A DNA stretch of 64,000 nucleotides from an uncultured Eubacteriales bacterium. Lineage in GTDB: Bacteria > Acidobacteriota > Aminicenantia > Aminicenantales > Aminicenantaceae. This document shows positions 44,603 to 52,845 of the stretch, piece after piece. The first letter of the stretch is position 1; the number at the start of each line of letters is the position of its first letter. The notes below the pieces were generated by a model. That model did no database searches and was not told the DNA's origin. It was given only the letters and a program-made list of their open reading frames with translations. Location: contig CAYTTR010000004.1 in NCBI GenBank assembly GCA_964440805.1, positions 15,040-79,039 on the forward strand. The letters run 5' to 3'. Made by a program: the position numbers and the translations under genes.

Positions 44603-46435
44603 TTACTCAATTTTTACGGCTCCGAAATTGCAGACGTCAAAACAGACGCCACATTTAATACACTTATCCTGAACGATACGATGAAGCTGATTTTTTTCTC
44701 CTATAATAGCATCGGAAGCGCAGTTGCGGCGGCAGAGGTCGCAGCCGTGTCCGACTTCAACACAGATTTTTTCATCGATAGTGTAGGTGTTAAGCTCGCG
44801 GCAGACATGAGCCGGACATTTTTTATTGGTTATATGAGCTTCATATTCTTCCCTGAAATATCTCAAAGTGGTCAAAACTGGATTAGGAGCAGTTTTTCCC
44901 AGCCCGCAGAGGGCTGTATCTTTAATGGAAACAGCCAGGTCTTCCAGGAGATTCAGGTCTTCCATTGTCCCTTCACCCTTTGTAATCCGGTCCAGGATTT
45001 CCAGCATGGCTTTTGTCCCTTCCCGGCAGGGAGTACATTTGCCGCAGCTTTCATCCTGGGTGAAGGATAGGAAGTATTTGGCTATATCCACCATGCAGGT
45101 GTCCTCGTCCATGACCACCATTCCTCCTGAGCCCATCATGGAACCTGCGTCTGTCAGGCTTTCGTAGTCTATGGTGAGATCAATTTGTTCCTTGGGTATG
45201 CAACCTCCTGAGGGGCCTCCGGTCTGAACGGCTTTGAATTCTTTTCCTTGAGGAATACCCCCTCCGATTTCGTATATAATTTCTCTGAGGGTAATGCCCA
45301 TGGGGACTTCAACCAGGCCGGTGTTGTTGATTTTTCCTACTATGGAAAAGACTTTTGTTCCTTTGCTGGTTTTGGTGCCGATGTGGGAATACCAGTCAGC
45401 TCCCCGGTTGATAATGGGGGAAACATTGGCCCAGGTTTCCACATTGTTGATGCAGGTGGGCTGTCCGTAGAGTCCTTTCTGAGCAGGATAGGGGGGCCTG
45501 GGTCTGGGTTCACCTAATCTTCCTTCGATTGAGGCGAGAAGGGCTGTTTCCTCTCCGCAAACAAAGGCTCCAGCGCCGCGGGCTACTTTGATATCGAAAT
45601 CGAAGCCTGTTCCCAGAATATCCTCACCAAGAAGACCGTATTCCCTTGCTTGTTTGAGGGCTATATTTAGTCTTTTTAAAGCCAAAGGATATTCATTGCG
45701 GACATAAACATAACCCACACCGACTCCTATGGCCTTGGCTCCGATGACCATTCCCTCAATGACAGAATGTGGATCTGCCTCCAGAATGCTTCGGTCCATA
45801 AAGGCTCCCGGGTCACCTTCGTCACCGTTACAGACAATATACTTCATGCCTCCGTTAGAGGTTGAGGCAGCCCGGACGAATTCCCATTTAAGGCCGGTAG
45901 GAAAACCAGCTCCTCCCCGGCCGCGAAGACCGGATTTTTTTACCTCAGCGATGATTTCTTCCGGAGTCATTTTGGTTAAAGCCTTAACCACAGCCTGATA
46001 ACCGTCCCGGGCGATATATTCATCGATTTTTTCCGGATCAATGAGCCCCCGGTTACGTAAGGCAATAAGGACTTGTTTTTTGAAAAAATCAATTTCATTC
46101 AATACCGGAACCGCTTTTTCTTCCTCCGGCGGTCTGTACATTAGTTTTTGAACGGGGCGTCCTTTTAGAAAATGTTCCTCAACTAAGTGGGGAATGTCTT
46201 TTAAAGTAAGTTGCTGGTAAAAGATGTTTCCCGGCTGGACCACAAGCAAGGGGCCACGTTCACAAAAGCCGTTGCAGCCTGTGGTTACAACCAGAACTTC
46301 ATCTTCCAAGCCTTGTTCTTTGATTTCTTTTTCCAGGGTTTCCTTGATTTCAAACGAGCGGTTGGAAACGCAAGCTGTTCCGGCGCAAACCATTAAATGA
46401 ATCCGGTATCTTTTCTCTGTTGCTTTTTCGGGCAT
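44603..46435 (-). CDS. NuoF-like NAD(H)-binding flavoprotein subunit (HydB/HndC type)
   Basis: 610 aa. It has an N-terminal thioredoxin-like 2Fe-2S domain (VCAGTACVS...GCNGFCERGP), GRGGAGFPTGLKW, CGKCTPCREG and two C-terminal CxxCxxCxxxC motifs. Confidence 0.9.
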   Translation of the reverse strand: MPEKATEKRYRIHLMVCAGTACVSNRSFEIKETLEKEIKEQGLEDEVLVVTTGCNGFCERGPLLVVQPGNIFYQQLTLKDIPHLVEEHFLKGRPVQKLMYRPPEEEKAVPVLNEIDFFKKQVLIALRNRGLIDPEKIDEYIARDGYQAVVKALTKMTPEEIIAEVKKSGLRGRGGAGFPTGLKWEFVRAASTSNGGMKYIVCNGDEGDPGAFMDRSILEADPHSVIEGMVIGAKAIGVGVGYVYVRNEYPLALKRLNIALKQAREYGLLGEDILGTGFDFDIKVARGAGAFVCGEETALLASIEGRLGEPRPRPPYPAQKGLYGQPTCINNVETWANVSPIINRGADWYSHIGTKTSKGTKVFSIVGKINNTGLVEVPMGITLREIIYEIGGGIPQGKEFKAVQTGGPSGGCIPKEQIDLTIDYESLTDAGSMMGSGGMVVMDEDTCMVDIAKYFLSFTQDESCGKCTPCREGTKAMLEILDRITKGEGTMEDLNLLEDLAVSIKDTALCGLGKTAPNPVLTTLRYFREEYEAHITNKKCPAHVCRELNTYTIDEKICVEVGHGCDLCRRNCASDAIIGEKNQLHRIVQDKCIKCGVCFDVCNFGAVKIE

Positions 46436-46448
46436 ATCTCCCCTCCTC

Positions 46449-46838
46449 TCAATAATCGGTCTTTTCGCTGCCTATTCCCAGGGCATAGTCCTTGACCACA
46501 TTTCCACCGGTAATGTGTTTCTCAAAAATTTCCTTAACCTTTTTTTCGTCAAGGTCAACATATTTTACTGGAGGCTTTCCTTTGAGTTCCACTGTGGCCA
46601 TTGGTTCCCGGCTGCAGAGTCCGGCACAACCAGAAGTGGTGAGTAGGATATCAGTGATATCCTTTTCTTCGAGTTCCTTCATGAAAGTATTCATGATACT
46701 TCTGGCTCCGGCTGCTATGCCACAGGTTCCCATATGAACCGTGATTTTAGCCTTGTATTCTCCACCTTCTCGCAGTCCAGTTTGTTTTCGGGTTTTTTCC
46801 CGGATTTTTTCTAAATCTTCAAGGGTAAGTTTAGGCAT
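46449..46838 (-). CDS. thioredoxin-like (2Fe-2S) ferredoxin (HndB-like)
   Basis: ATG 46838 follows GAGGGGG. The motifs are HMGTCGIAAGA and TSGCAGLCSREP. Confidence 0.8.
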   Translation of the reverse strand: MPKLTLEDLEKIREKTRKQTGLREGGEYKAKITVHMGTCGIAAGARSIMNTFMKELEEKDITDILLTTSGCAGLCSREPMATVELKGKPPVKYVDLDEKKVKEIFEKHITGGNVVKDYALGIGSEKTDY

Positions 46839-46849
46839 TTTTCCCCCTC

Positions 46850-47302
46850 TCATTTTTGATATTTTTTAATGACACCCGGGACTTTCATCTGGGGAATCTT
46901 TCCATGAACTTCTTCTCCCACCATAACCACTGGCGCCAGTCCGCAGCATCCCACACAACGAACTGCGTCCAGGCTGAACTTTAAATCCTCAGTTGTTTCC
47001 CCGGTCTTAATCCCCAGTTCCCGTTCAAATTTTTCCAGAACCAATTGAGCCCCTCTGACATGGCAGGCCGTTCCCATGCAGACATGAATTGGGTTCTTCC
47101 CTCTGGGCACTAAGCTGAAAGCGTTGAAAAAAGTAGCCAGACTCAGTACCCGGCTTAAGGGGACATTGAGCTCCTTGGAGACTTGAACGAGTGTTTCTTT
47201 GGGGAGGTAACCATAATGTTCCTGGATGTCTTGGAGGATGGCAATTATTGAACTCTGTTGAGGTTCATAACGTTCGATTATTTCAGTGACTTTTTCCTCC
47301 AT
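46850..47302 (-). CDS. NuoE-like 2Fe-2S subunit (HydC/HndA type)
   Basis: 150 aa with HVCMGTACHVRGA and VRCVGCCGLAPV. Confidence 0.9.
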   Translation of the reverse strand: MEEKVTEIIERYEPQQSSIIAILQDIQEHYGYLPKETLVQVSKELNVPLSRVLSLATFFNAFSLVPRGKNPIHVCMGTACHVRGAQLVLEKFERELGIKTGETTEDLKFSLDAVRCVGCCGLAPVVMVGEEVHGKIPQMKVPGVIKKYQK

Positions 47303-47306
47303 GTTT

Positions 47307-47849
47307 TTACCTCCTTATTAGATCGGTTCCTTCTTTTAAGTTGTTTATGATAAATGACATGACTCCTGGAGAGTTCAAAGGTTGTCCATTAAATCTGGTC
47401 CTGATATCCTTGGTGGAAAAGGTGAACTCCTGGCCGTCTTTTTGGTGGATATAAACAATATCCACTTCCGGATGACCCATTATCAGGGTAGCCAATGTTT
47501 GAGGGATATCTCCAAGAGGTTTCATGTCCCAGTGATCTGTTTTAAAGGTGGCCCTGACTTTTGTCCCCCGGCCGGGAGAGGATTCAATTGAGAAATGTCC
47601 CCCTGCAGCCCGGGCCGCTTCAGCCAGCAGAGAAAGCCCCAGTCCAACTTTCCGGGTAGTCCGGGAAGTAAAGAAAGGATCCACAGCTTTTTTTAAAGTT
47701 TCTTTATCCATCCCTTGTCCGTTGTCTTCTATACTTAGGATAAGTAGATTGCCGGCAATATTTTCTTCCAGACGGATTATTATTCTGGAAGCCTGAGCAG
47801 AAATAGAATTCTCGGCAATGTCAAGCAGATGCAATGACAAGTCTTCCAT
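47307..47849 (-). CDS. histidine-kinase-like ATPase (HATPase_c only)
   Basis: 180 aa with LLDIAENSISA (N-box-like), IEDNGQGMD (G1) and VGLGLSLL (G2). There is no HisKA or H-box. Confidence 0.75.
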   Translation of the reverse strand: MEDLSLHLLDIAENSISAQASRIIIRLEENIAGNLLILSIEDNGQGMDKETLKKAVDPFFTSRTTRKVGLGLSLLAEAARAAGGHFSIESSPGRGTKVRATFKTDHWDMKPLGDIPQTLATLIMGHPEVDIVYIHQKDGQEFTFSTKDIRTRFNGQPLNSPGVMSFIINNLKEGTDLIRR

Positions 47850-47856
47850 TTTTCCT

Positions 47857-48585
47857 TTAATTTAAAAGCCTTCTTCCGTTTTTATTTAATAAAGCTAATT
47901 TAATTTCTTCTATAGAAACTTTTTCCAGTTGAAAAAAAGTAAATCTCCGGCCGATTTCCTCCGGGCGGTGAGCATCTGATGAAGCTGTCATGGGTAATGA
48001 AGGAGAAAACTTTCTCCGGGCATCTTTAATAGAGATAAGAGGCGAGGTTTCCAGAGCGTCCAGGGCAAGCTCAGGAGGGATGAATCCCAGTTGGCTGAAG
48101 ATGCTGAAAGCCCCCCGGTCGATATGGGAGGCCATTGCCAGTCCACCTAAAGAATGGATGGCATCGACCGTCTCATTGATGGTAAGAGCGCAGGCACCAA
48201 TGAGGAGACGAGGATTGAAATTCAGAACTTCGCCTTTTTCATTGACTACTGCCTGGAGCCCGAAAGCTTTTTCATCGTTTTCACCGGGAAGATGGGCGTA
48301 AATCATTTCCTGGAGTCCGAAGGCCTGGCGGGCATTATCGAAAAGTCCCAAAAGATGAATTTCTTCCTGGGTGGTCACTTCAATCCCGGGAAAGATGAAA
48401 ATCTTATTGCTTTTGGCGGCGTCGGTAACGGCAGGAACATTCTCGGCTGAATTGTGGTCACAAATGCCCAGGATATCTAACTCTTCTTTAAGGGCTCTTT
48501 CCACAATAGCCCGGGGGGACATGCTCAATTCAGCGCAAGGAGAAAGGCAGGTATGAATGTGGAGATCAGCTTTGAAACTCTTCAC
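47857..48585 (-). CDS. PHP-domain phosphoesterase
   Basis: 242 aa with ADLHIHTCLSPCA, ICDHNS, ASHID and SSDAH, the metal-binding His/Asp series of PHP domains. Confidence 0.8.
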   Translation of the reverse strand: MKSFKADLHIHTCLSPCAELSMSPRAIVERALKEELDILGICDHNSAENVPAVTDAAKSNKIFIFPGIEVTTQEEIHLLGLFDNARQAFGLQEMIYAHLPGENDEKAFGLQAVVNEKGEVLNFNPRLLIGACALTINETVDAIHSLGGLAMASHIDRGAFSIFSQLGFIPPELALDALETSPLISIKDARRKFSPSLPMTASSDAHRPEEIGRRFTFFQLEKVSIEEIKLALLNKNGRRLLN

Positions 48586-48931
48586 GCTTTTTTTCTCCTT
48601 CTTTAAGCAATTGATAAAGTTTGCCTGAGGCGGTAAAGGCCGTTTCCTGGCTAAGGAGAAGAGGCACTCCTTCTTCTCCGGCTTTTTTTACGGCTGCATC
48701 CTCAGGCATCCGTCCGTTGACCAGGATAATTCCGCTCAATTCCTTCAATACCGCCACAGCCACAATATTCTGATGGATTTGAAGAGTTATCCACAGATTT
48801 TTCGCTTTGCTGTTGGCCATGACGTCGCTAAGAAGATCTGAGGTATAACCGCTGGAGACCTCGATGTCCAGCCGGTCTTCAGCGGTCAGGGCCTCAAGAC
48901 CCAGTTGTTTTATAATGGTTTTTAACTTCAT
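48566..48931 (-). CDS. DRTGG domain protein
   Basis: 121 aa, a paralogue of 50734-51102 (SDLLSDVMANSKAKNLWITLQ / SDLMSDVLAFGKPGLLLLTGL; GRMPEDAAVKKAGEEGVPLL / GKKPDKEAVELAERKNISLL). Confidence 0.7.
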   Translation of the reverse strand: MKLKTIIKQLGLEALTAEDRLDIEVSSGYTSDLLSDVMANSKAKNLWITLQIHQNIVAVAVLKELSGIILVNGRMPEDAAVKKAGEEGVPLLLSQETAFTASGKLYQLLKEGEKKREEFQS

Positions 48932-50301
48932 TTTTTTCCGGCCTTTCTTTTTTTCTTAGAGCCTTGATTCCTGGGAGAATAAGCCTTCTGGGTTTTTTCA
49001 AGCATTTTAATTAGTTCTGTGGAAAGCTTCTTGAAATGTTGAGGGACCATGGCAAAACAATCTGTTAGTTCCGCCTCTCCCCTGACTAAATCCTCGGCAA
49101 AAATAGGACAACTGGGAGAACCGCAGGCTCCGCAATCAATTTTAGGAAGCTTTTTATAGATTTCATCTTTTTCTTTCTTTTTTTGAATGGCTAAGGAGAG
49201 ATCATCATAAAGAGGCTTCAACGGCCGGGGCTTGAGCTCTCCTTCTATAAAAAAGCTTCCTTCCCGGTAGCGTTTGCGGATGCTGACGATATCCGGACAG
49301 GCCTTGACTTTTTCCAGTTCAAGAGTTTCCAGAAGCTGAACTATTTTGTTATAGGAGATATAAAGATTTTCTACGGTTAATGAACCGCCCACGCATCCCT
49401 GGGGACAGGAATAAGCTTCAATGAAGTCGATATGACTTAGTTTGCCTCGCTCGATATCTTCAAAAACCTTAGTGATTTCTGCAATACCCGATACTGCCAG
49501 TGAATTCTTCAGTTTGAGGGTGCGACGGATACCTCCGGCAATAGCCCAGCCCAAACCCAGAATGCATATTTTTTCCAGAGAATCTCCCTCATCTTTCTTG
49601 TCCATGTTTTCTATAGCAGAAAGCAGAGGGCCGTAAATATCAGAAACAGCAATAGCTCCATCAAGATGGGATTTGCCTTTTTCAGCAGGCTGTTTAATGG
49701 ATATCATTTTAACTGGGCAAGGTGTAATGTAAAAAGCCCCGATTTCTTTTTCTTTAAGTCCGAGCTGACTTGATTTCTTTTTCTTTATTTCTCTTCCTGC
49801 AAGTTCTCTGGGAATATCAATGGGAGTGACATGCTGGACAAGAGAAGGATATTTTACTTGAATCAATCTGACTACAGTAGGGCAGACATTGGAAATGATT
49901 GGACGGGGACCTTTATTTTCTCTTAAATATTCCTGCATAGCTAAGCTTACCTCACCGCAGGTAAAAGCCAAGTCATAGGCATCGTCGAATCCAAGGCGGC
50001 GCAGTCCGCGGAGGATTTTACCTGGTAGAATCTCCTGGCCAAACTGGGCATAAAGAGCCGGTGAAGGGACAGCCACTGTGTAACGGAACCTGGTTAGTTC
50101 TCCTACCGGATCAGTTAAAGGAACAATTGCATTTGAGGGACAGGCGGTGATACATTCGCCGCAGTCGATGCACTTATCTTCCAGAATATGGGCTTTTCCT
50201 CCTCTGACCCGTATGGCCTGGGTAGGGCAAGCTCTCATGCAGCTCATCCGGCCTCGACACTTTTCTGTATCAATGCGAATAGTGTGGAAATATTCAGTCA
50301 T
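48928..50301 (-). CDS. [FeFe]-hydrogenase-like protein (2x4Fe-4S + H-cluster-domain-like core + C-terminal CxxCxxxxC Fe-S motif), putative sensor
   Basis: 457 aa with CMRACPTQAI...CIDCGECITACP. Its counterparts of the H-cluster motifs are degenerate: SNVCP (versus TSCCP), TPCPVK (versus MPCxxK) and SCPQGCVGG (versus CxxGCxxGG). The C-terminal motif is CGACGSPSCP...C. It lacks a NuoG-like N-terminus. Confidence 0.7.
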   Translation of the reverse strand: MTEYFHTIRIDTEKCRGRMSCMRACPTQAIRVRGGKAHILEDKCIDCGECITACPSNAIVPLTDPVGELTRFRYTVAVPSPALYAQFGQEILPGKILRGLRRLGFDDAYDLAFTCGEVSLAMQEYLRENKGPRPIISNVCPTVVRLIQVKYPSLVQHVTPIDIPRELAGREIKKKKSSQLGLKEKEIGAFYITPCPVKMISIKQPAEKGKSHLDGAIAVSDIYGPLLSAIENMDKKDEGDSLEKICILGLGWAIAGGIRRTLKLKNSLAVSGIAEITKVFEDIERGKLSHIDFIEAYSCPQGCVGGSLTVENLYISYNKIVQLLETLELEKVKACPDIVSIRKRYREGSFFIEGELKPRPLKPLYDDLSLAIQKKKEKDEIYKKLPKIDCGACGSPSCPIFAEDLVRGEAELTDCFAMVPQHFKKLSTELIKMLEKTQKAYSPRNQGSKKKRKAGKK

Positions 50302-50737
50302 GGTTCTTTTCCAGAAAAAAAATCATCCTGAGGAATGTTCCTTCTCCGGGAATAGAGGTTATGGTAAAAAGATCGGCATTTTTCTTTATATTAGGAAGAC
50401 CCATGCCGGCACCGAAGCCCATCTCTCTCATTTCCTCGGTGGCGGTGGAGTAACCTTCCTGCATGGCCAATTCAATATTTTCTATGCCCTGCCCTTGATC
50501 ATCGACCTCGATCTTGATTGCTCTGGGATTGAGCACCAGAGATAATTCTCCTTCTTGGGCATACATAACAACGTTCATTTCTGCCTCATAGGAGGCGATA
50601 GCCACCCTGCGTATGATTTCAGGAGCGATCCCGATTTCCCTGAGAATTTCTTTGACTTCTGTGGAAACATTTCCTGCCCGGTTGAAGTCTCCTCCCTTAA
50701 TGGAAAAAGATTGGAATAATTCATCCTTCCTTGTCAT
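50294..50737 (-). CDS. anti-sigma-factor-type Ser/Thr kinase-like ATPase (HATPase_c only)
   Basis: 147 aa with ASYEAEMNVVMY, DDQGQGIEN and GFGAGMGLPNI. Confidence 0.7.
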   Translation of the reverse strand: MTRKDELFQSFSIKGGDFNRAGNVSTEVKEILREIGIAPEIIRRVAIASYEAEMNVVMYAQEGELSLVLNPRAIKIEVDDQGQGIENIELAMQEGYSTATEEMREMGFGAGMGLPNIKKNADLFTITSIPGEGTFLRMIFFLEKNHD

Positions 50738-51102
50738 CCTGTTTTTTTTTCAGCCGTAGAAAATACTCCCGGAATCCCGGATTTATATAAAATACCGCAG
50801 GCTTCGTACATCATAAAATTAGTGCAGAGAAGAGAAATGTTTTTTCTCTCGGCTAATTCCACTGCTTCTTTATCAGGTTTTTTGCCGCGGACATAAACGA
50901 TGGCCTTGGCTTCGATGATATCGGCGGTGCGCACCGATTGCTGGTTGGACAATCCGGTGAGAAGAAGAAGGCCCGGTTTCCCAAAAGCCAGGACATCGCT
51001 CATCAGATCAGAACCGCCGGCAAAAGAGATTTCCTGATCGAGAAGGCTGTCTCCGGAAATGACTTCAGCCTTGAGAAGTTCTTTTATTTTTCTGAGATTC
51101 AT
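50734..51102 (-). CDS. DRTGG domain protein
   Basis: 122 aa, a paralogue of 48566-48931, with a 4-nt overlap with the downstream gene. Confidence 0.7.
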   Translation of the reverse strand: MNLRKIKELLKAEVISGDSLLDQEISFAGGSDLMSDVLAFGKPGLLLLTGLSNQQSVRTADIIEAKAIVYVRGKKPDKEAVELAERKNISLLCTNFMMYEACGILYKSGIPGVFSTAEKKTG

Positions 51103-51107
51103 TACTT

Positions 51108-51959
51108 TTAATGTTCTTTTTGAACTTTTTTAAAAATTGTCTTTCCTTTCCTGATAATTCTTTCCGATGGACTGACAATAGTGGGGCAGTTTTCCCAGCA
51201 AGCGCCGCAGCCGTTGCATGTGTCCACATCGACAAAGCGGGCTTTTTTCTTGATTCTGGCCTTGAAATTTCCCACATGACCGGAAATTTCTTCCACTTCG
51301 CTCCAGGTTAAAAGCTGGATATTGGGATGTTTGCCCACTTCGGTCATTTTAGGAGTAAGAATGCAGGCGGAGCAGTCCAGGGTGGGGAAAGTTTTATCCA
51401 GCATGGACATGTGGCCGCCGATGGAAGGCTCTTTTTCTACCAAGTAAACTTTTTTTCCTGAATTAGCATAAGTAAGGGCAGCATGAATGCCGGCAATGCC
51501 GCCTCCGACAATCAGAATTTCCGGTCTTACCGGAACTTCTTTTTTCATTAACGGATCATGGAGAGCCACCCGGCGCACTGCGGCTGAAATCAAGGCTTTG
51601 GCTTTCTTGGTGGCTTTGTCGGGATCCTTGGTAACCCAGGAAACATGTTCCCGGATATTGGACATTTGAAAGAAAAAGGGATTAAGTCCTCCCTCAGCCG
51701 TTGCCCCACGGAAAGTAGGTTCGTGCATTAAAGGTGAACAGGAGGCCACTACTACCCGGTTCAGGTTATGATCTCTAATATTTTGTTTTATAAGTTCCTG
51801 GCCAGGATCCGAGCACATGAATTTATGCTCCTTGGCTACAATCACGTTATCCAACTTGGAGGCGAATTCGGCCGCTTCATAGACATTAACTTTTCCGGCA
51901 ATATTGGTGCCGCAGTGGCAGACAAAAACTCCGATTCTTGGTTGGCCGTTTTCTTGCAT
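51108..51959 (-). CDS. hdrA: HdrA N-terminal fragment (N-terminal Cys domain + first part of the FAD domain + first ferredoxin-insert motif)
   Basis: 283 aa with IGVFVCHCGTNIAG...VVVASCSP...NIREHVSWV, the FAD site ILIVGGGIAGIHAA, LVEKEPSIGGHM, DKTFPTLDCSACILTPKM and CNGCGACWENCP. It stops 24 codons after that last motif. Confidence 0.8.
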   Translation of the reverse strand: MQENGQPRIGVFVCHCGTNIAGKVNVYEAAEFASKLDNVIVAKEHKFMCSDPGQELIKQNIRDHNLNRVVVASCSPLMHEPTFRGATAEGGLNPFFFQMSNIREHVSWVTKDPDKATKKAKALISAAVRRVALHDPLMKKEVPVRPEILIVGGGIAGIHAALTYANSGKKVYLVEKEPSIGGHMSMLDKTFPTLDCSACILTPKMTEVGKHPNIQLLTWSEVEEISGHVGNFKARIKKKARFVDVDTCNGCGACWENCPTIVSPSERIIRKGKTIFKKVQKEH

Positions 51960-51960
51960 G

Positions 51961-52845
51961 TTATCCTCCTATCTGGATTCTTGACCACATATTATTCAGG
52001 GGAATTATGGAGCGGTTAAAGCCCAACTCTTCCCTCGGAAGGCCGAAAGCTAATCCCATGAGCTGGGAAAAATAGAGAATGGGGAGCTTAAAATCTTCTT
52101 TAAAAGCCTTGGCCACCTTGCTCTGGATTATCTCCAAGTTGAACTGGCACAGCGGACAAATGGTCACAATAACATCAGCCTTTTTCCGGCGAGCTTCTTT
52201 GAGCAGGACATAGTTGAGCTGAGTGCCCACTTCCTCAATGGTTCCTGTTAAAGAGCCTCCGCAGCATTTGGTCTTGGCTGCATAATCAACAGGAGAAGCT
52301 CCCAGGGTTTCCATAAGTGAATCAAGGCTTGTTGGATAATCAGGATCATCGAAATCAGTGTATGGCCTGACAAGCTGGCATCCGTAATAGCAGGCAATTC
52401 GGAGTCCAACCAAAGGGTTTTGAACTTTTGTCTGGATAGTTTTAAAGCCGACTTCATTCACCAGCACATCGAGAGGGTGTTTTACTTCCACTCCACCCTT
52501 ATACTCACAACTTGAGTTTTTAAGGTCATCAAGGATTTTTTTTGCTTGGTTGCTTCCTTCTTTGAGAAAATGGTTGGATTTTTTTAAGGTCAGAAAGCAG
52601 CCGGCACAGGGAGCCAGAATATCCTTGCCTGTTTTTTCAGCAATGGATAAATTCCGGCCGCAGATGGCAGCAGCCATTTTGTCGTCAACAGAGAAGTAAG
52701 CGGTTGCCCCGCAGCAATTCCAATCCTCCATCTCCTCCGTTTCCAGTCCCAGTGTTTTTAATACCGGAAGCAGAGACTCTTCATAATGCTTGGCGTTTCC
52801 CTGCATGGAACATCCGGGATAATAAACATAATCTTTCATCTTCAT
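51961..52845 (-). CDS. hdrB: heterodisulfide reductase subunit B (two CCG domains)
   Basis: 294 aa with YYPGCS...WNCCGA...APCAGC and YYGCQ...KCCGGS...CPLCQ. Confidence 0.9.
   Translation of the reverse strand: MKMKDYVYYPGCSMQGNAKHYEESLLPVLKTLGLETEEMEDWNCCGATAYFSVDDKMAAAICGRNLSIAEKTGKDILAPCAGCFLTLKKSNHFLKEGSNQAKKILDDLKNSSCEYKGGVEVKHPLDVLVNEVGFKTIQTKVQNPLVGLRIACYYGCQLVRPYTDFDDPDYPTSLDSLMETLGASPVDYAAKTKCCGGSLTGTIEEVGTQLNYVLLKEARRKKADVIVTICPLCQFNLEIIQSKVAKAFKEDFKLPILYFSQLMGLAFGLPREELGFNRSIIPLNNMWSRIQIGG

Noticed and set aside
44426-45070. A 214-aa plus-strand ORF. Many similar 60-150 aa antisense ORFs are listed inside gdh, hydA, mvhA, nuoF-like and other genes.
   Set aside because: All lie opposite long ORFs with unambiguous family motifs. 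They are typical shadow ORFs, and none shows a recognisable domain.
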